NCBI RefSeq assembly: GCF_000010065.1 | Contig: NC_006576.1 | Coordinates: forward strand, 450,001 to 482,000 | Origin: Synechococcus elongatus PCC 6301 | GTDB lineage: Bacteria; Cyanobacteriota; Cyanobacteriia; Synechococcales; Synechococcaceae | DNA length: 32,000 bases | Direction: 5' to 3' | Shown here: positions 30,181 through 32,000 of the stretch, piece by piece | Layout of the letters: each line of letters begins with the position of its first letter | Numbering within the stretch: the stretch's first letter is position 1 | Translations under genes and position numbers: made by a program | Notes under the pieces: model-generated | What the model was told of the DNA's origin: nothing | What the model saw: the letters and a program-made list of their open reading frames with translations, nothing else | The model's database searches: none

Positions 30181-32000
30181 ATGACTTCCAATCCTTCCTC
30201 TTCACCGTTCCCAGCCAGAATGGCGACCGAGTTACAGCTGGGAGTGGTGCTGAGCGATCGCTATCAGGTGGTGCGGGAACTCGGACAGGGGGGCTTTGGC
30301 CGCACCTATCTGGCGAAGGATTTAAATCGCTTTAAAGAAGAGTGCGTGCTCAAGGAATTTGCGCCCCAAGTTGAAGGAGAAGAGAGTCTCCAGAAAGCTC
30401 AAGACCTCTTTCACCGCGAAGCTGGGGTTCTCTACCAAATTGAGCATCCTCAGATTCCCCGCTTTCGGGAACTACTGCGGGTGACCCATGGGGGGCAAGG
30501 TCGGCTGTTGCTGGTCCAAGACTATGTGGCTGGGCAGACCTATCAGCAAATTCTGGAGATGCGTCGCGCCCAAGGGCAAACCTTCAGCCCGGCCGAAGCG
30601 CTGAGTCTGCTGCAAAATCTCTTGCCGGTGCTGAACTACCTCCATCAGGCGGGTGTGGTTCACCGCGATATTTCGCCAGACAACTTGATCTGTCGCGATC
30701 GCGATGGACTGCCGGTGCTGATCGACTTTGGTGGCGTCAAGGCGGCAGCAGCGGAAGCAGTGTCGCAGTTTGCCCAGCGGCGTCAGCGACCATTGACCGC
30801 TACTCGGCTCGGGAAAGCAGGTTATGCACCGGGCGAGCAAATGCAGCAGGGGATTGCCTATCCCCACGGTGATCTCTACGCTTTGGCTGTTACTCTGCTG
30901 GTCTTGATGACGGGCGAAGACCCCCAAGACCTCCAAGATCCCCTGACCTTGGAATGGCTTTGGCGAGAGCATCTCAGCCTTGACCCAACCTTTGCAGCAG
31001 TACTCGATCGCATGCTGGCTTTGCGGCCGCGCGATCGCTTTGCCAGTGCTGCAGAGGTGCAAGCGGCCCTCACGGGTGTGGCTCTGACTCCAGAGCCGAT
31101 CCAACCAATTCACCCCCCCAGCCCTACCCCAAGCCAGCTCGATACTGTTGTCGTTGCTCCCCGTCAGGTGATTGCACCGCCGGCAGTCGAGCCAGCGCCC
31201 ACTCAGATCCTGACACCGCCCTCAGCATCCATCGAGCCCGGGAGCTCTGCTGCTGTTGAAGAAGCCGCAACTACCCAGCGCTTCATCTGGGCCGTGTTAG
31301 CGATCGTGTTTGCGGTGTTTGCAGCGGGAACCGGCTGGTGGGCAGCTCGCACTTGGCTGGGCTGGCAAACCGATAGCCAAACGCCCACAACACCCACCTT
31401 GCCCCTGCCGGATCCAACGCCGGACCCAACGAATTTCAGTCAGCAGCGGGCCGAGTTGGCGAATCAACTGCAAGCCATGCAAGTTGATCCGGCTTTCTTT
31501 GAGTTGTTAGTTAATGAAAGCTTTTTCCAAGCTGTCCCAGAGCGGCGGGGACAACCACCCAGCGATCGCCCTGAAGATCGAGAACTCCAGCAGCGCTGGC
31601 TGAGCTTGGCCAAAAACTGGATTGTGCGGCTGAATAGCCTGCCGGTGGCGGAGCGATCGCGTTTAGGGCGCTACAGCATTAGTGAACTGAGTGGTTGGCT
31701 GGGTATCGCCCAACAACAGTCTGTGAGTGAGGCCGCCTTCCGAGCAGTCGTTGATGCCCAGTACAGCTACCTCAGCGATGATTCAGCGGCACCCCTGCGG
31801 GGAAGCCCCCGAGAACAAGTTTGGCTGGCGATCGCGGCAGCTCAGGCAGCGATCCTGCAGGCCGGTGAAGGAGTGACTCTGCTGACCTGGAATGAAGACG
31901 GTACCGCGCAAGTTGGCGGCAATTTGGCACCGGGCCAAGGCCGCATTTTCCTCTTGCCGATGCAGGCCGGTGAAGTACTACAGCTCAACTTTTCAGGTGG
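30181..32000 (+). CDS. Transmembrane Ser/Thr protein kinase (Hanks-type), 3' end outside the window
   Basis: This ORF is not in the track because it runs off the window. My hand translation in frame from ATG 30181 gave LSDRYQVVRELGQGGFGRTYLAKD, VLKEF, HRDISPDNLI, LIDFGGVK and GYAPGEQ. A Pro-rich linker follows, then the TM helix FIWAVLAIVFAVFAAGTGWWAA (about 31288-31350) and a further extracytoplasmic region. I saw no stop up to 32000. Confidence 0.88.
   Translation, partial: MTSNPSSSPFPARMATELQLGVVLSDRYQVVRELGQGGFGRTYLAKDLNRFKEECVLKEFAPQVEGEESLQKAQDLFHREAGVLYQIEHPQIPRFRELLRVTHGGQGRLLLVQDYVAGQTYQQILEMRRAQGQTFSPAEALSLLQNLLPVLNYLHQAGVVHRDISPDNLICRDRDGLPVLIDFGGVKAAAAEAVSQFAQRRQRPLTATRLGKAGYAPGEQMQQGIAYPHGDLYALAVTLLVLMTGEDPQDLQDPLTLEWLWREHLSLDPTFAAVLDRMLALRPRDRFASAAEVQAALTGVALTPEPIQPIHPPSPTPSQLDTVVVAPRQVIAPPAVEPAPTQILTPPSASIEPGSSAAVEEAATTQRFIWAVLAIVFAVFAAGTGWWAARTWLGWQTDSQTPTTPTLPLPDPTPDPTNFSQQRAELANQLQAMQVDPAFFELLVNESFFQAVPERRGQPPSDRPEDRELQQRWLSLAKNWIVRLNSLPVAERSRLGRYSISELSGWLGIAQQQSVSEAAFRAVVDAQYSYLSDDSAAPLRGSPREQVWLAIAAAQAAILQAGEGVTLLTWNEDGTAQVGGNLAPGQGRIFLLPMQAGEVLQLNFSG

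Noticed and set aside
1-32000. The many GCGATCGC palindromes as a CRISPR array or other repeat array
   Set aside because: They are dispersed 8-nt HIP1 sites within coding and non-coding DNA, not regularly spaced repeats of 25-40 nt with unique spacers. This is a known genome-wide cyanobacterial signature.

Overview
The window is cyanobacterial chromosome. The HIP1 palindrome GCGATCGC occurs dozens of times, and ycf23-like, ftrV and hmpF-like genes are present. Composition and gene order look like Synechococcus elongatus, though I cannot verify the strain. Most of the window is about 55-60% GC housekeeping DNA: tRNA-Pro(GGG), metG, tilS, an M1 aminopeptidase, a ChaC-like gene, ftrV, an rpmG-rpsR-RNase II operon, a PP2C phosphatase, a Ser/Thr kinase, TldD, a Wzm-like permease and an Hpt protein. 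The outstanding feature is a sharply AT-rich, HIP1-depleted island from about 13.4 to 18.3 kb, with sampled 60-nt lines at about 28-33% GC against about 58% in the flanks. It carries four tandem small genes whose products have canonical double-glycine (GG/GA) secretion leaders. These are followed by a C39-peptidase-domain ABC exporter and an HlyD-family adaptor with a long TPR-like N-terminal extension. The peptides are Cys-free and Ser/Thr/Ala/Ile-rich, and no immunity or modification genes are present. This argues for secreted structural or matrix proteins rather than a classical bacteriocin. From memory, the locus matches the ebfG1-4/pteB biofilm-enabling system described for S. elongatus PCC 7942, so the core is probably already published. 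Features that may be less explored include intra-operon hairpins, a compositional breakpoint inside the hlyD-like gene, a nearby TldD-type peptidase, a second low-GC patch with an RTX/DUF4214 exoprotein, and a pseudokinase-like domain fused to PP2C. No CRISPR arrays, transposases or integrases were seen.
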